Shown here: positions 62,605 to 64,000 of the stretch, piece after piece
Numbering within the stretch: the first letter of the stretch is position 1
How the letters are laid out: every line of letters starts with the position of its first letter
Assembly (NCBI GenBank): GCA_016748015.1
Contig: JAAOMT010000129.1
Coordinates: forward strand, 248,001-312,000
Origin: Geosiphon pyriformis uo1
Lineage: Eukaryota > Fungi > Glomeromycota
DNA: 64,000 bases
Direction: 5' to 3'
Notes under the pieces: model-generated
Told to the model about the DNA's origin: nothing
The model's input: only the letters and a program-made list of their open reading frames with translations
Database searches by the model: none
Made by a program: the position numbers and the translations under genes

Positions 62605-63255
62605 ATGACAAAAGACAGTAGAAAGATGGAGATTATTGACAGCATTTATTTACTAACACAACAACTTTTTTAACTGATCCAACAACAAGAGATGGAAATT
62701 ACAATCAACCAACAAACTATCAGATACACAAACACCAAAAAAAGATCATGAGATAAAATATGGAGAAAAACAGAAAATACTGTAAACAAAATAATTACAA
62801 AAGTGAAATTGGCAATAGAAACACAACCAAAAGTCACCCAATATCAAGAGTTGACTATAGAAACTTGGAATTGATGGATACAACAATTTTCAAGAAACTT
62901 TTATTACTTTTATTTGGGACAACACTTAAACATTCAGGGCTTATATATGAATAAAACAAAATGATTATTTAACACAACAATACTGCAACAACTGGAACAA
63001 TTTGTGGGAAAAAACAATTTAACCACACAAGCAAGAATTATTTATTGGCTACATACTGGATTTCAAGATTGACCAGAAATCTTACTCAATCCAGAAATGA
63101 ACTCCATTACCATTAACCAAATAAAAAAAATAACCAATGCTCAATTTAAAAAATTACAGAACAAGATAACACAAGTAATTCTTGAAAAAAAAGTTCAAGA
63201 AATACTCAAAGATAGAGAATTAGAATTAAAAAATCTTGACAGAGCTCAATATTAA
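62605..63255 (+). pseudogene. A3 ORF-X
   Basis: ATG-initiated and colinear with 19083-19742; ends NLDRAQY* immediately before the PPT. Confidence 0.78.
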
Positions 63256-63269
63256 AGAGAAGAGAATAA

Positions 63270-64000
63270 TGTTACTCATAGAATATAGGACGTATATTAG
63301 CATATAAATTGGCTAATCAGAAGTAGCTGTAGTAAATATGGAATTCTAGAATTCCTTTTAAAAGAATTGCAGAATTGCAGAATTCCAGAATTTCTCTCAA
63401 AGAAATTGCAAGATTCCAGAAATTCCAGGATTTCTGGTGTGAAGAATTAAGGAATTGAAGAATCTCATTATGTATATATATTGGTAGCATTAGAAAAAGA
63501 AAAGACAGACCTCTCAGTTTAAATTTGATCTAAGCAACCTTTCATATCACAAATATCAATAAATAATTATTTATTATTTTAATCCACTCTTCACTATCAA
63601 CATTTTATGTTGATAATAATTAATACTTAACTATATTAAAACAATAGCTCTTGATCATGGCTATTGATGGAATACTAACATTTATTACTTTGGCTTATTT
63701 TTTTATTTCTTTTATTTTTATTTTCTTTTGTTATTTTTTTTTGTTGTTTACTAATTGATTAAAGATTAAGTGCTGAATTATTAACATCAAGGATTGCCTG
63801 ATAAAAGACCTCTGCAAGTGGGTAGAGCATGTAAAAGAATTATGGATTACTTATCAGAAAAGTACTGGTCATTAAGCTGAAGAAAAAAATTGACTGAATT
63901 GCAATTCTGAGAAGCTATGGATAAACAACTATTGAATTTTTGTCTATTATACAAAGAACTCAACCAAAACCTTCAGATAACAATATCTTTAGATTACCAT
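63270..64000 (+). repeat. 3' LTR of A3 (truncated by the window end)
   Basis: tgttactcatagaatatagg after the purine tract aaagagaagagaa. Confidence 0.92.

Larger units (their letters stand above)
54085..64000 (+). mobile_element. Ty3/Gypsy-type LTR retrotransposon, family A copy A3 (near full length; 3' LTR runs off the window)
   Basis: 5' LTR ~54085-54931, PBS 54934-54950, Gag-Pol 54952-61152, IN 61187-62563, ORF-X 62605-63255, PPT 63254-63266, 3' LTR from 63270. Confidence 0.94.

Overview
Eukaryotic (fungal) genomic DNA. The intron style, the Tra1 gene and the TE repertoire suggest an early-diverging fungus such as Glomeromycota; this assignment is from recollection, not from a search. The window has three parts. 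(1) ~0.5-28.9 kb is a nested pile of decayed retroelements. Two convergent, tail-to-tail non-LTR (LINE) elements (APE-RT-RNase H-CCHC) carry a Ty3/Gypsy-type LTR element (family A). That element itself carries a complete second LTR element (family B) and an inverted solo LTR, and a further solo LTR sits in LINE-2. (2) ~30.4-52 kb is a CpG-retaining gene island flanked by extremely AT-rich tracts. It holds an orphan 540-aa ORF, an 18-exon TRA1/TRRAP gene whose first intron is GC-AG, and a 2-exon low-complexity protein ending in an RQPxGP (SUZ-C-like) motif. (3) 54.1-64 kb is a near full-length family-A LTR element. The most interesting signal is the LTR-element architecture, shared by two families with unrelated LTRs: Gag-PR-[Cys-rich zinc module]-dUTPase-RT-RNase H, STOP, then integrase as a separate ORF, then a conserved ~220-aa non-env ORF-X before the PPT. 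These elements also share an elongator-tRNA-Met-like PBS, 4-bp TSDs, and subfamily-specific palindromic arrays phased at 20/40 bp in U3. All TE copies are heavily eroded by C->T/G->A transitions, while the host genes are not.
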